Under the pieces are notes generated by a model. The model searched no databases. It saw only the letters and a list, made by a program, of their open reading frames with translations, and was not told the DNA's origin. Shown here piece after piece: positions 51,746 to 63,413 of a DNA stretch of 64,000 nucleotides. Source of the DNA: Takakia lepidozioides (lineage: Eukaryota > Plantae > Bryophyta); the NCBI GenBank assembly GCA_030704615.1, contig CM060731.1, forward strand, positions 11,594,001 to 11,658,000. Direction: 5' to 3'. How positions within the stretch are numbered: the stretch's first letter is position 1; the number at the start of each line of letters is the position of its first letter. The position numbers were made by a program, and so were the translations under genes.

Positions 51746-54181
51746 CTAAATGTTCGATAGCAACACATAAATTGGAGTGTGCTGTGGCTCACACTTGAGA
51801 AGGCATTTGGCCACACGTTCTGCTACCTCCACATCGCCATGAACTCTGCAGGCACCAAGCAGGGCCGCCCACACAGAAGCACCTGGTTCCATTGGCATTT
51901 TATCAATGAAGTCCTCTGCCTCATTAATTCGCCCCGCACGACCAAGGAGGTCAACCATGCAGCCAAAATGCTCCACTGTAGGAGTGAGTCCATGATCTTG
52001 ACCCATGGAATCAAAGTAGTGACGTCCTTCCTCCACTAGGCCCACATGACTACATGCAGAGAGAAGAGACGTGAAGGTTATACGATCCGGTTTCAAGCCC
52101 TCCTGTTGCATTTGTTCAAATAGTCTGAGGGCCTCCCTACCACACCCATGCTGACCATATCCTGTGATCATTGCATTCCATGACACCACATTTCGTTGAG
52201 ACATACTGTTGAACACTTGATGGGCATCCTGTAAGCTCCCGCATTTGGCATACATGTCAGCAAGGGCAGTCTCCAGAATGATATCTGGTGCAATTCCGCT
52301 TTTGCTGATGTCAATATGGACCTCTCTTCCTTTTTGCAATGCTACTAGGCTGGCACAAGCATGGAGAATACCAACAAATGTGACCTTGTCGGGGGTCACC
52401 CCTTTCTGTTGCATTGCCTCATAGATCTTGAAAGCCTCCCTAGCACATCCATGCTGAGTATATCCTGCAATCATGGTATTCCATGAAACTACGTCACGTT
52501 GAGCCATATTGTCGAACACTTGACGCGCATCCTTCACACTTCCGCATTTGGCATACATGTCGATAAGGGTATTCTCCAAACTGATATCTGGTGCAATCTC
52601 GCTTTTGCTGATGTCGGCATGGACCTCTTTACCCTTTCCCACGGCTCCCATGCTGGCACATGCATTGAGAATGCAAATGAACGTGACATTGTCAAGCCTC
52701 ACTCCTTTCATTTGCATTTGCTCATAGATCTCAAAAGCCTCATCACCATACCCATGCTTGGCGTATCCAGCGATCAAGGCATTGTATGAGATGACATCCT
52801 TCTCAGCCATTTTGTCAAACACTTGACGTGCATCTTTCATGCTCCCGCATTTGGCATACATGTCAACTAGTGTATTCTCCAGCACGATGTCTGATGCAAT
52901 TCCATTTTTGCTAATGTCATCACACACCTCTTTCGCCTTCTCCAAGGCTCCAAGGCTGGCACACGCATTGAGAATGCAAACGAAAGTGACCTTGTTGGGT
53001 TTCACCCCTTCCCGCATCATTCGCTCATAGATCTCACAAGCCTCCCTACCAAACCCATGCTGAGCATATCCTGCAATCATGGCATTCCATGCGACCACAT
53101 CTTGTGTCTGCATATTGTCAAACACTTGACGGGCATCCTTTACGCTCCCACATTTGGAATACATGTCAGCAAGGGCAGTCTCCAGGATTATATCTGGTGT
53201 GATCCTGCCTTTGATGATGTCAGCATGGATCTCTCTACCCTTTTCCAGGGCTCCAAGGCTGGCGCATGCATTGAGAATGCAGCTGAATGTGACATTGTCT
53301 GGTGTCACCCCCTGCCGTTGCATTTGCTCATAGATCTCAAAGGCCTCCCTAGCACACCCATGCTTGGCATATCCTGCGATCATCGTACTCCATGAGACCA
53401 CATTTCGTTCGGACATACTGTCAAACACCTCACGAGCATCATCTACACTCCCGCATTTCGCATACATGTCAGCAAGGGCAGTCTGCAGAATGATATCTGG
53501 CACAATCCCGCTTTTGATGATGTCACCATGGACCTCTCTGCCCTTTTCGAGGGCTCCTAGGCTAGCACATGCATTAACAATGCAACTGAATGTCACCTTG
53601 TCTGGCACCACCCCTTGCTGTTGCATCTGCTTATAGATCTCGAGAGCCTCCCTACCACACCCATGCTTGGCATATCCTGCTATCATTATATTCCATGTAA
53701 ATAGTTCCCGTGCAGAAATTTTCTCAAACACTTGGCGTGCATCCACCACGCTCCCGCACTTGGCATACATACGGACAAGGGTATTGAGTAGAAAGACATT
53801 TGGCTTGAATCCACTTTGAATAATGTGAGCGTGCACCTGCTTTCCCTGTGCCAGGGCTTTACTCTTGATGCACTCCTGCAGGGCACAGACATACGTATTG
53901 GAGTCTGCCACCATGCCATGTTGCTTCAAAATATGCAGCGCTTCTTTCAGTCGTCCTGACTTACATAGTGTCCTTACATCGCCAAGGGTGGGAAGGGAGA
54001 TCTTGTTGACTCCCCGATCTCCTTGTCTTCTTCCAAAAGCAGTGACTGCACTGGAGGTGCTACCTCTGCCACCAGTCTGATGTCCAACAAACAACTGAGC
54101 CTCATTCACCCATTCACCCATCCAGACCTGCAATTGTGGTGGAAGGGCAAATGCTTGCTCATTCTTCTGCATGGGAGGCAA
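51746..54181 (-). CDS. PLS-class PPR protein ending in the E2 motif (intact P-L-S array, stop at LLSNI*); true start uncertain
   Basis: 811-aa ORF with regular L1-S1-P1 triplets, P2-L2-S2, and E1 (WAALLGACRVHG). Confidence 0.85.
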   Translation of the reverse strand: MPPMQKNEQAFALPPQLQVWMGEWVNEAQLFVGHQTGGRGSTSSAVTAFGRRQGDRGVNKISLPTLGDVRTLCKSGRLKEALHILKQHGMVADSNTYVCALQECIKSKALAQGKQVHAHIIQSGFKPNVFLLNTLVRMYAKCGSVVDARQVFEKISARELFTWNIMIAGYAKHGCGREALEIYKQMQQQGVVPDKVTFSCIVNACASLGALEKGREVHGDIIKSGIVPDIILQTALADMYAKCGSVDDAREVFDSMSERNVVSWSTMIAGYAKHGCAREAFEIYEQMQRQGVTPDNVTFSCILNACASLGALEKGREIHADIIKGRITPDIILETALADMYSKCGSVKDARQVFDNMQTQDVVAWNAMIAGYAQHGFGREACEIYERMMREGVKPNKVTFVCILNACASLGALEKAKEVCDDISKNGIASDIVLENTLVDMYAKCGSMKDARQVFDKMAEKDVISYNALIAGYAKHGYGDEAFEIYEQMQMKGVRLDNVTFICILNACASMGAVGKGKEVHADISKSEIAPDISLENTLIDMYAKCGSVKDARQVFDNMAQRDVVSWNTMIAGYTQHGCAREAFKIYEAMQQKGVTPDKVTFVGILHACASLVALQKGREVHIDISKSGIAPDIILETALADMYAKCGSLQDAHQVFNSMSQRNVVSWNAMITGYGQHGCGREALRLFEQMQQEGLKPDRITFTSLLSACSHVGLVEEGRHYFDSMGQDHGLTPTVEHFGCMVDLLGRAGRINEAEDFIDKMPMEPGASVWAALLGACRVHGDVEVAERVAKCLLKCEPQHTPIYVLLSNI

Positions 54182-55269
54182 GAGCAGGACATATTAACGC
54201 CTGTGAGAAGTTGCAGCCACGTCCAACTCAATCCAAGGCAATGCCAAGTGGATTTAGGAAAAGATTTGTAGCAAGATTCTATCACGGAAATCACTGACGT
54301 CTTTCGGGAGCTTCGAGAATTTGGAACGTTAGAAGGTGTGCAGCAGCAGTACATGGATTCTTTCATCAAAAAATAGACTACACAACGAGGCAATTAACGC
54401 CTCGCAGATATGTTACAGGACAGACTCGCACAGACTCGCAGGCAGCCAACATTTACAATTTCACTTTCATAAGCATCAAGCAACACAGCAGAATGATGTG
54501 AAATCCTACCTGGAGCGAGGGCATGCAGAAACCAAATGCACTATACCAGGCATCGAGAAGTATCCATCAACAACTATTGACACTCCTCCCTTCCGTTTTG
54601 TTTTATCGTGGTTTGGACTTCATTCTAACTGAGACAAGGAGGCTCAACAACGCATGCATGAGGCGCGCAGCCGCTAGGCCACTGGGGAAGGCTCCGCCCG
54701 GGGGCCGAAATGAGCAGCCTGACGGGCTGGAATCCCCAGCTGTTCCACTGCGTAATCCAGCAGGACATGTTAACATCCACAGTGCACACCATCCAATTCT
54801 CACCCATAAATTGCGAAGAATCTACATACTCCGATTTTCCAGAAGTCCAATTGGAGATTCTGTCCAAGAATCCCTGACTAGATTGCAAAGGAAAACACAC
54901 CTGAAATGGATCACGATCTTAAAGTACGCTGGAATAGTTCTTCCGTCAATCGATGCCGCACAGGTAGCACGACAAAGGCCAAAGGGCAACGGGGCCAGGG
55001 CTATAGGTTCAGCCTTGAGATTTTGAAAGTTGGTGAATGGAGGTGCAGAGATTATGCTCTTGATAGTCCTGAAAAGGCTCGCTCTTTGATCCTAAAACGC
55101 ATACCCCTTTCGCACATTGGGCATTGTCAATCTCCGTCGCGGGCTTCAGACCGAGCGAGATTCCCTCGGTTTCGCTTCTTTCCTCTTACTATACTGAGGT
55201 ACTTGGAGATTTCTGTCACTCCCTTCTTCCACGATACAATCCATTATGGATAGTGGGACCTAGTCCTCG

Positions 55270-56200
55270 TTATAATAAGTAAGCTGAAGTAGTCCAGAAC
55301 ACTAAAGGCTGGGGTAGGGGTATTGCCTGCGAACTGTCAAGGAAGACATGGTCTGTTGTGTGGGGTTGTCTGCATCCGTATCCGTAGCAATTGACCGTGT
55401 GAGTACATATGTAAACTGCTTGCAATGTAGATGTAGGTGACCTCAAAGCGGCACGGAATGCACCACAATGCGACAATCAAGTTAGGGGAGGACTCGGTTT
55501 CGCATCCTCATTACGAAGTGGTAGTGTACTGGGAGGGACTTCTGGAAGCTCAGTTGCATTTGCTACAACCCAGATCCCCAGCTTGGGGAAGCTTTAGGTA
55601 TTGCCTGGACTATGGTTGTAGCCAGCACATTTGGTTCCTTTGCGCTTCTGGTTGTGTTTTTACTGAATGGTTTCATCATTCCGAAGAGTAAGATTCTTTC
55701 AAAACCAAGGCACATGGATTCACGTCCCTGATAGGCTTGATGCTTTTATGGTGAGAGGGTCTCAGCATGTCCAAAATTGGAAGCTGAGAGGGGGAAAGAT
55801 GAAGATTGTACCATATGGATGTCTCCTTCGCTGATGTTTCCTTCGCCGATGTTGTGCGGGGGTGAACCCTACACTGTAATTTGTCTGTATGAAACCAGGA
55901 GATAATCTCATACAACAGTTTTCAACCAGTAAATTGTTGGAGTCTAGGACTGAAGTTGCAAGAACCTCACCTGGAAAATTCAACCAATAGCCTTGAATGC
56001 ATCAAGACCTGATTTAGGCTCATCCATGAAAGGCGTTTTCTCTGCTCTGCAGAGAGACCTGTTGTTCCGGGTAGCCCCACCAGATGTGCTCAGCTCCACC
56101 AACTCCATGACGTCTTCAACAAAGGCCTACAGAAGCAATGGAATGAGGAAGTTGAAAAGCATTTCCATCCAGAAAACCGGGTGACATTCCACCAGCGAAA
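55270..56200 (-). mobile_element. Possible highly degraded L1-type ORF2 3' remnant
   Basis: C..GC..PHTTDHVFLDS..A resembles the zf-RVT motif; weak. Confidence 0.25.
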
Positions 56201-57099
56201 ACGAAGTATGCACAAGCAAGTTGAGATTAAAATGACACTGCTTTCATACGCATACAAATGTGGTTGATGCTTTGCTCAAAATGTACTGGGCTGTAAGTCA
56301 CTACGCAGTTACTGGAACTGAAGACCCTGCAGTCATATCTAAAGGAACAGATAGCCTTGTTCAATGTACATGTGTGAGTAAATTACAACGGAGCATGTTG
56401 CAGCATCGACCTCCTGAGACGCTGCCATGAAGAATACAACAAGGATTTCTAGACAGTAAGTTGTGGAGAATGGATATCTGTCTGCTCTACATACCCAGAG
56501 ATGCAGGCTAAAGTCTCTTACACCTTAGGGAATCCAGATACCTCAATATACCTTGACAGTCTATTCTTGCGTTGACAAAACCAGATTCTGTAAAGCTTTA
56601 TAAAAGACCCAAACGAGGTGCACAAGAGTTAACAAGAACCGATCATTTGAGAAAGTTATCTTTCAATGTTTCCAGGCTCCCAGAATTGATCCGCTCCAAA
56701 CCACACGGGTTCGTTTCTTGGTCCCTAGACCAACAATCTCCTGCCATAATCAACGCCACTTAGACGCATCTCATTCATAACTTTCTTGGTCTTGGTCCAC
56801 CAAGAAAACCATCGACCACTAGGATCATTGCATTTTGACCTGGTCTTGGTCTTGGACAGTACATAGACTGGCTCTGCTGGTCGTTTTCAGAGACCACCCC
56901 AAATCTCCAGACTGCAGACATAAGCTGGTTTAGCATCTGTGTAAGTTTGGACAGGTTCGTATGTTCCTCGTTGTGTAGAGTACAATGGAGCCCAAAGCGA
57001 CTTGCATGAATGTTGTTGAAAGCTCACTAGCACCCCTCCGTAAAGGAACTTGTGAAAATGTTGATGCCATTGGATTTTCGGGCACAAAAGTCTACCTTG

Positions 57100-57462
57100 G
57101 AGCACGGAGCAGAGCTGGCATGAGTTTTTTAACGATCCTACACGATGGTGGGACAAGCGCAATCGCAAGGTGTGGCTCTTTCTTAATGTTCGAGGTGAAG
57201 AGGTTTGTCCATCCTGCAAATGTGGGCACTTGGCTCTTCCTATTAGTATCACGATCTGGTATTTTTGCTCGGTTTACAAGGTACTTGGTAGGGTCAGCTT
57301 GGTCTTAGGAGGTGGTGTTTCAATCTATGGCTGCTCAGCTGCACCGTGGTGGTTCTCACAGACCAAAAATCCGACATAACCTGACTACAGACACAAGCAG
57401 CACACACAAGAGGTCCTTTTGGGGTGACGGTCGGTTGAACCCTCCATGGGTCACGAGGCATG
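57100..57462 (+). pseudogene. Degenerate first PDF-motif exon pair
   Basis: SWHEFFNDPTRWWDKRNRK|GT ... AG|TKNPT*PDYRHK..(frameshift)RSFWGDGRLNPPWV. Confidence 0.65.
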
Positions 57463-57559
57463 GTGAGGCACCTTCATTTTCAACCTATTTCAGCCTATGT
57501 TGCCCTCACATCAGACTCGTGCCTGATTTTGCATGCTGAAGTTTGTACGGTAGCTCGTT

Positions 57560-58620
57560 GGGTGGATCTGTGGTGGTTTGGAGTGATTTTGACATGTTAC
57601 TGGCAATGTGGCAGAAGGAAAGTACCCAAAAACAGATAATGGAGATGAGGAGAAGCTTTGGAATGAATACTTTTCCAACCCCAGTCAATGGTGGGACAAT
57701 CAAGGCCAAAAGGTGAATGCATGTTGGATTACGGAGAGAAGCAGAAACAGACACAATCCAATATTGGAACTAGTGTGATAAGTTGGATTGGGGTGTTTGC
57801 TGGAAGAATTCTACCCTGTCATTGTCAGCTGCTAGCAGCAAGGCGAGTATGTATGCATGATTTGTGCAGAGGCAGGGATAGCTGAAGGAGCAGGGATAGA
57901 GTGTGGGTCCAGATTCATCCAAGGGGGCCGGATTTCAAACACAAGATTACTTATGATTCGCTGTGGATCAATAGCTACAACAGACCTGCATGGGTAGTTG
58001 GTCAACTGGAAGCAGCAGCACAATTGATAAAATCAGGCACTGGTAATGAAGGCACCTTCTTCAATGCATTTCAGCCTGTTTTTCCCTCCTATTAGAATCG
58101 TCCCTTTTCAGGTTGAATTCTGCAAGTTACCTCGGTGGGTGGATGTACGGTTGTTTGGAATTTTTTGACATGCTACTGCCAATGTGCAACAGGAAAGTAT
58201 CCAAAAACAGATAACAGTGATGAGGAGAAGCTTTGGAATGAATACTTCTCCGACCCCAGTCGATGGTGGGACAATCGAGGCAAGAAGGTGAATGCCTGAT
58301 AGATTACAGTGGGAAGCAGATGCAATTCATCATAGGAACTAGTGTGATAAGTAGCATTGGGTTGTTTGTTAGAACAGATCTAGGCTGTCATTGTCAGCTC
58401 CTAGCACCAAGGCAAGGATGTATGCATGATTTGTGCAGAGGCGCGGATGGCTGAAGGAGCAAGGATAGAGTGTGGGTCCAGATTCATCCAAGAGGGCCGG
58501 ATTTCCAGCACAAGATTACCTGTGATTCCCTGTGGATCAATAGCTACAAGAAATCTGCATGGGTAGATGGACAACTGGAAGCAGCAACGGCAGCCGCACA
58601 GTTGATAAAATCAGGCACTT
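57560..58620 (+). repeat. About 570-bp tandem duplication of the PDF exon-intron cassette
   Basis: 57560-58042 is similar to 58135-58620 in both exons and introns. Confidence 0.9.
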
Positions 58621-61409
58621 CGACCATGACCACAGCTTCTGAAAGAGGACCAAGAGAGGGAGTCCACAATGCCTCTTCTGGGACTGCTGGGCATGTGAAG
58701 ATGCTTTGTGCGGCAGGCAGACTGACAGAGGCTCTACAGACTTTAAGCCAAGGAGGAGGCATTTCAGCAGATTCAGATACGTATGTCTGTCTCTTGCATA
58801 AGTGCATCAAGATGAAAGGCCTGGAAGCTGGAAAGCAGGTGCACGCTCACATTATCCGAAGTGGATTCAAGCCAAACGTTTTTCTACACAACACCCTTGT
58901 CAACATGTATGTTAAGTGCGGGAGCATCATGGATGCTCACCAACTGTTCAACAGAATGCCTCAACGATCTTTGATCACGTGGAATATAATGTTGGCAGGA
59001 TTTACCAAGCATGGGTGTGGTACGAATGCTTTGGAGACCTATGACCAAATGATGCGGGAAGGGGTGAAGCCCGACAACATCACGTTTGTTTGCGTTTGCA
59101 ATGCGTGTGCGAGACTGCGAGCCCTGGAAAAGGGCAAAGAGGTCCATGGTGACATCGTCAAAGCTGGAATTGTACCAGATGTCATTCTGAACACTACCCT
59201 CGTGGACATGTATTCCAAATGTGGGTGCATGGAGGATGCAAAGGGAGTGTTCGACGATATGGCTGAACGAAATGTGGTGTCGTGGAGTGCGATGATTGCA
59301 GGATATGCACAGCAGGGGCGCGGGATGGAGGCTTTGGAGACCTACGAGCAAATGATGCAGGAAGGGGTGAAGCCCAACCAGATCACGTTTGTTTGCGTTT
59401 GCAATGCATGTGCAAGCCTGGCAGCCCGGGAAAAGGGCAAAGAGGTCCATGGTGACATTGTCAAAGCTGGAATTATACCAGATATCATTCTGAACACCGC
59501 CTTGCTGGATATGTATGCCAAATGTGGGAGTATTGAAGATGCAAAGGGAGTGTTCAACACTATGGCTAAACGTGATGTGGTGTCATGGAACGCAATGATC
59601 GCAGGATATGCACAGCAGGGATGCGGGATGGAGGCTTTGGAGACCTATGAGCAAATGATTCGGGAAGGGGTGAAGCCCACCCACATCACGTTTGTTAGCG
59701 TTTGCAATGCGTGTGCGAGCCTGGCAGCCCCGGAAAAGGGCAAAGAGGTCCATGGTGACATCGTCAAAGCTGGAATTGTACCAGATGTCATACTGAACAC
59801 TGCCCTGGTGAACATGTATGCCAAATGTGGGTGCATTGAAGATGCAAAGGCGGTGTTCGACAAGATGGCTGAACGAAATGTGGTGTCGTGGAGCGTGATG
59901 ATTGCAGGATATGCACAGCAGGGGCGCGGGATGGAGGCTTTGGAGACCTATGAGCAAATGATGCAGGAAGGGGTGAAGCCCGACCGCATCACGTTTGTTT
60001 GCATTTGCAATGCGTGTGCGAGCCTGGCAGCTCTCGAAAAGGGCAAAGAGGTCCAGCGTGACATGGTCAAAGCTGGAATTGTACCAGATGTCATTCTGAA
60101 CAGTACCCTGGTGGACATGTATGCCAAATGTGGGAGCATTGAAGATGCAAAGGGAGTGTTCGACAATATGGGTGAACGTGATGTGGTTTCATGGAACGCG
60201 CTCATCGCAGGATATGCACAGCAGGGGCGCGGGATGGACGCTTTGGAGATATATGAGCAAATGATGGAGGAAGGGTTGAAGCCCAACCACATCACGTTTG
60301 TTTGCGTTTGCAACGCGTGTGCAAGCCTGGCAGCTCTCGATAAGGCCAAAGAGGTCCATGGTGACATGGTCAAAGCTGGAATTGTACCAGATGTTATTCT
60401 GAACACTGCCCTGGTGGACATGTATGCCAAATGTGGGAGCATTGAAGATGCGAAGGGAGTGTTCGACAATATGGCCGAACGAGATGTGGTGTCCTGGAAT
60501 GGTATGATCGCAGGATATGCCCAGCATGGTCGTCATAGGGAAGCCCTGCAACTATTTGAAGGAATGCAAACGGAAGGCTTGAAACCGGACAGTATCACCT
60601 TTATACATGTTCTCTCTGCGTGTAGCCATGTTGGCCTAGTGGATGAAGGAAGACGCTATTTTGGTTCCCTGAGTAAAGCTCATGGTGTCACTCCGACAAT
60701 AAAGCACTTTGGCTGCATGGTGGACCTTCTTGGACGTGCGGGGCGATTGGATGAGGCAGAGGACCTCATTGATAACATGCCAATGGAACCAAATGCTGTG
60801 GTTTGGAGGGCCTTGCTCGGTGCCTGCAGAATCCATGGCAATGTGGAGATGGCTGAACGTGCGGCAACATCCATTCTCAAGTGGGATGAACTGGATGCCG
60901 CAACTTATGTGTTGCTATCAAATATCTATGCCGCAGCTGGCAGGTGGGACGATAGTGCAAAGGTGAGAAAAATGATGAAGGTCAGAGGGGCTAGAAAGGA
61001 GCCAGGTCGCTGCTGCATTGAGGTTGGCAACAGGGTGCACACCTTTGTTGTAGATGACAAATTGCATCCCAAAATTAAGGAAATCCATACTGAGCTGAGA
61101 AGATTGTCTGGGCAGATGAAGGAGGCGGGGTATGTGCCTGACACGCGCTTTGTATTGCATGATGTGGGGGAGGAGCAAAAGGAATTTTCTCTTTGCCACC
61201 ACAGTGAGAAGCTGGCCATTGGTTTTGGGCTGATCAGTACAACCCCTAGGACGCCCCTCCGCCTCATCAAGAATCTTCGGGTGTGTGGTGACTGCCACAC
61301 CTCCACCAAATTCATCTCAAAGATTGTTGGCCGAGCAATTGTTGTACGGGATGCAAACCGCTTTCACCACTTTGAAGACGGGGTTTGTTCTTGTGGGGAT
61401 TACTGGTGA
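57618..61409 (+). CDS. PLS-E-DYW (DYW:PG) C-to-U editing factor with predicted N-terminal OSB-type PDF motifs; exons 57618-57712, 57913-58042, 58193-58287, 58482-61409; 5' start unresolved
   Basis: Uninterrupted ORF with about 20 PPR motifs, E1/E2, PG box, HSEKLA, CGDCH and terminal DYW. Upstream exons join in frame through canonical GT-AG introns to give two LW..YF..P..WWDN..K/IHPRGPDF.HK.T..SLW...W motifs. Confidence 0.9.
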
Positions 61410-61904
61410 AACGATGTTTTTCTGGAAAAGTGTGAATGTCTTGCTTCATTCATTGATCGGCCTAGCTACTCAGTCCCTCCACCCTTTCCTGAGAATATTG
61501 ACCAGGATGCACTATTGAGGGCATTTCCTGTGGGATAACCACAGGTCTACCCGGCATAGGTGGGAAATCAGCCCATAATTGCACTTGACTGATGGAGGGA
61601 TTTTGGCAGACTCTGGTGATTGCGGAAGGAAATCAGTGGGCCGTCCCAATTCTGGTGTGGGTGGTGGAGCTTCTCCAGAGCTTGAAGATGGAAGTGCATA
61701 CAATTTTGATTAGAGGGGAAGCCCTGTGCACAAGTTTGTTCAGCATCTTAAATTTGGACATGTTTTTATGTTTCTGGCGGTGCTGCGTCAGATAGAGCTC
61801 TTGACTGACTTGTATGGATGTTGTCGAGAGCTAGTCTTAACCCACCAGGATAATCCCATGGTGGCCGCTTGAAGTTCACATTAGAATTACCTTATGATTA
61901 CCTT

Positions 61905-62090
61905 CTGATCCTTAGCCCAGTGGTTGGGTGTTTGTGCCTTGCCTGTGCATAACCTAGGTGATCCTGGGTTCAATCCTTCAACATGTGCCTTCAGACCGTC
62001 CATTGGGCCCTTGATGGCCTGTGTGTTGAGCAGTAGGCTCTGTAAATTCACCGGACGTTAAAGAATCTTTATCTTTATCTTTATCTTATG
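61905..62090 (+). mobile_element. Putative tRNA-derived SINE
   Basis: A box TAGCCCAGTGG (61913-61923), B box GGTTCAATCC (61967-61976), 3' (ATCTTT)n tail at 62065-62089. Confidence 0.55.
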
Positions 62091-63413
62091 TTTTAAGATG
62101 TATTCTTACCTTAACCTAGCTGGAGCTTAATTATGGCCTTTATGATGCACTTAACATTTATTAGGGGCAAAATCAATGAAGTGTGGAGTAAACATTTGTT
62201 AACAAATAGCACTCAAACTCTTTCCTCCTAGGTGTTCCCTTGGAGCTTTTTAGAGGGTTAAGACTGGTTTTGCCTGTCTCACTGATTCTCAACAGCGCAG
62301 TACACCTGGCTTAAATGCACCACTTACATTCTGCAGCAAATCCAGTCTTTCAGAAGTCAGGATGGTTGGATAACAGGGGTCGGATAGCAGGGCTCTTCCC
62401 CAAGGGAGTTCTCATGTTTGGAACATGTACCATCTTGTTCTTGTTGTTCCGTTCAAGTGCACCTGCTATTCCATCTAGGCCCCTCGACTTTGAGCCCCCA
62501 AGCCTTCTTCGCTTCCCTGTGGGAGTGGGGCCGATGTCATTTTCATCGCTCTCATCTCCTACAGAGCCTGAGAATCCATGTTGCTTGCTGCAAGATACAA
62601 TTAGCTATTAACAACTGACAGAGACAACAGGATATGAAGTAGAGGGCTCCTACTCTGCATCTAAAATTCATGCACTATTGAAGGTTTCCAGACCATTTTG
62701 CGAGTTGAAAAACAGCAAAGCAGCTCTTGGGGATCATTCAGACCCACGTATAGCCTAAGAAACCAAGACCCTTTGTTGCAAAAGCAGTATGAGAGATCAA
62801 CCACTGTTCGGCTACCAGCCAAATCATCCCATCCACAAAGGAACATGGTATTATGGTAGGAAATATGGTAGTAAATAGGTAAAGCACTCACATAGCCTGT
62901 AGTGAAGATAAACCTTTTATCACTACAAATGACGAGGTGATAACGCACCCGCGCCTCTCGTGGGGGCCAATGCATCGAAAAGGACACCTGCTTCACCAGT
63001 GTGACTCTTGACATTCCACTCCTGGAGAGCTAGGAAAACCTCCTTGTGAAAATTAGGGGGTAAAACCGCAGTTTCTCGTCGCTCCCCAATTGCCAGAACG
63101 AGACCGATATTGACCTGCTTTTCGTAGTCTCCTCATGCACAACTTCCAAGCCCATCACTTGGGGAGTTCTTCAAGCCTACTGTTTGTTCCTTGCAATCTG
63201 TCAATCAGTTACACTGCCATATAAGCTTTTCCATGGCTTTGCTGGTGCCATTTGACGGCCAGGGTAATCATCACGCGGGCCGGCTCACAGAACGAGCACT
63301 ACCTCTTGCATTCCTTCACAAATCTTCTTACTTTTACCTTGACTTTGTGCTTGTAACTTCTGACACCTTTTCATGCTCATGTTCATTTTGTTTGATGCAA
63401 AGAGTTGCTTGTT

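Noticed and set aside
58544-61315. Antisense ORFs over the PPR genes (also 51779-54271 and 63405-63870)
   Set aside because: Shadow frames of repetitive PPR coding sequence.
60990-61409. U-to-C (DYW:KP) editing domain
   Set aside because: It has the PG box, HSE and terminal DYW of canonical C-to-U DYW:PG, not the KP/HAE/GRP-type signatures.
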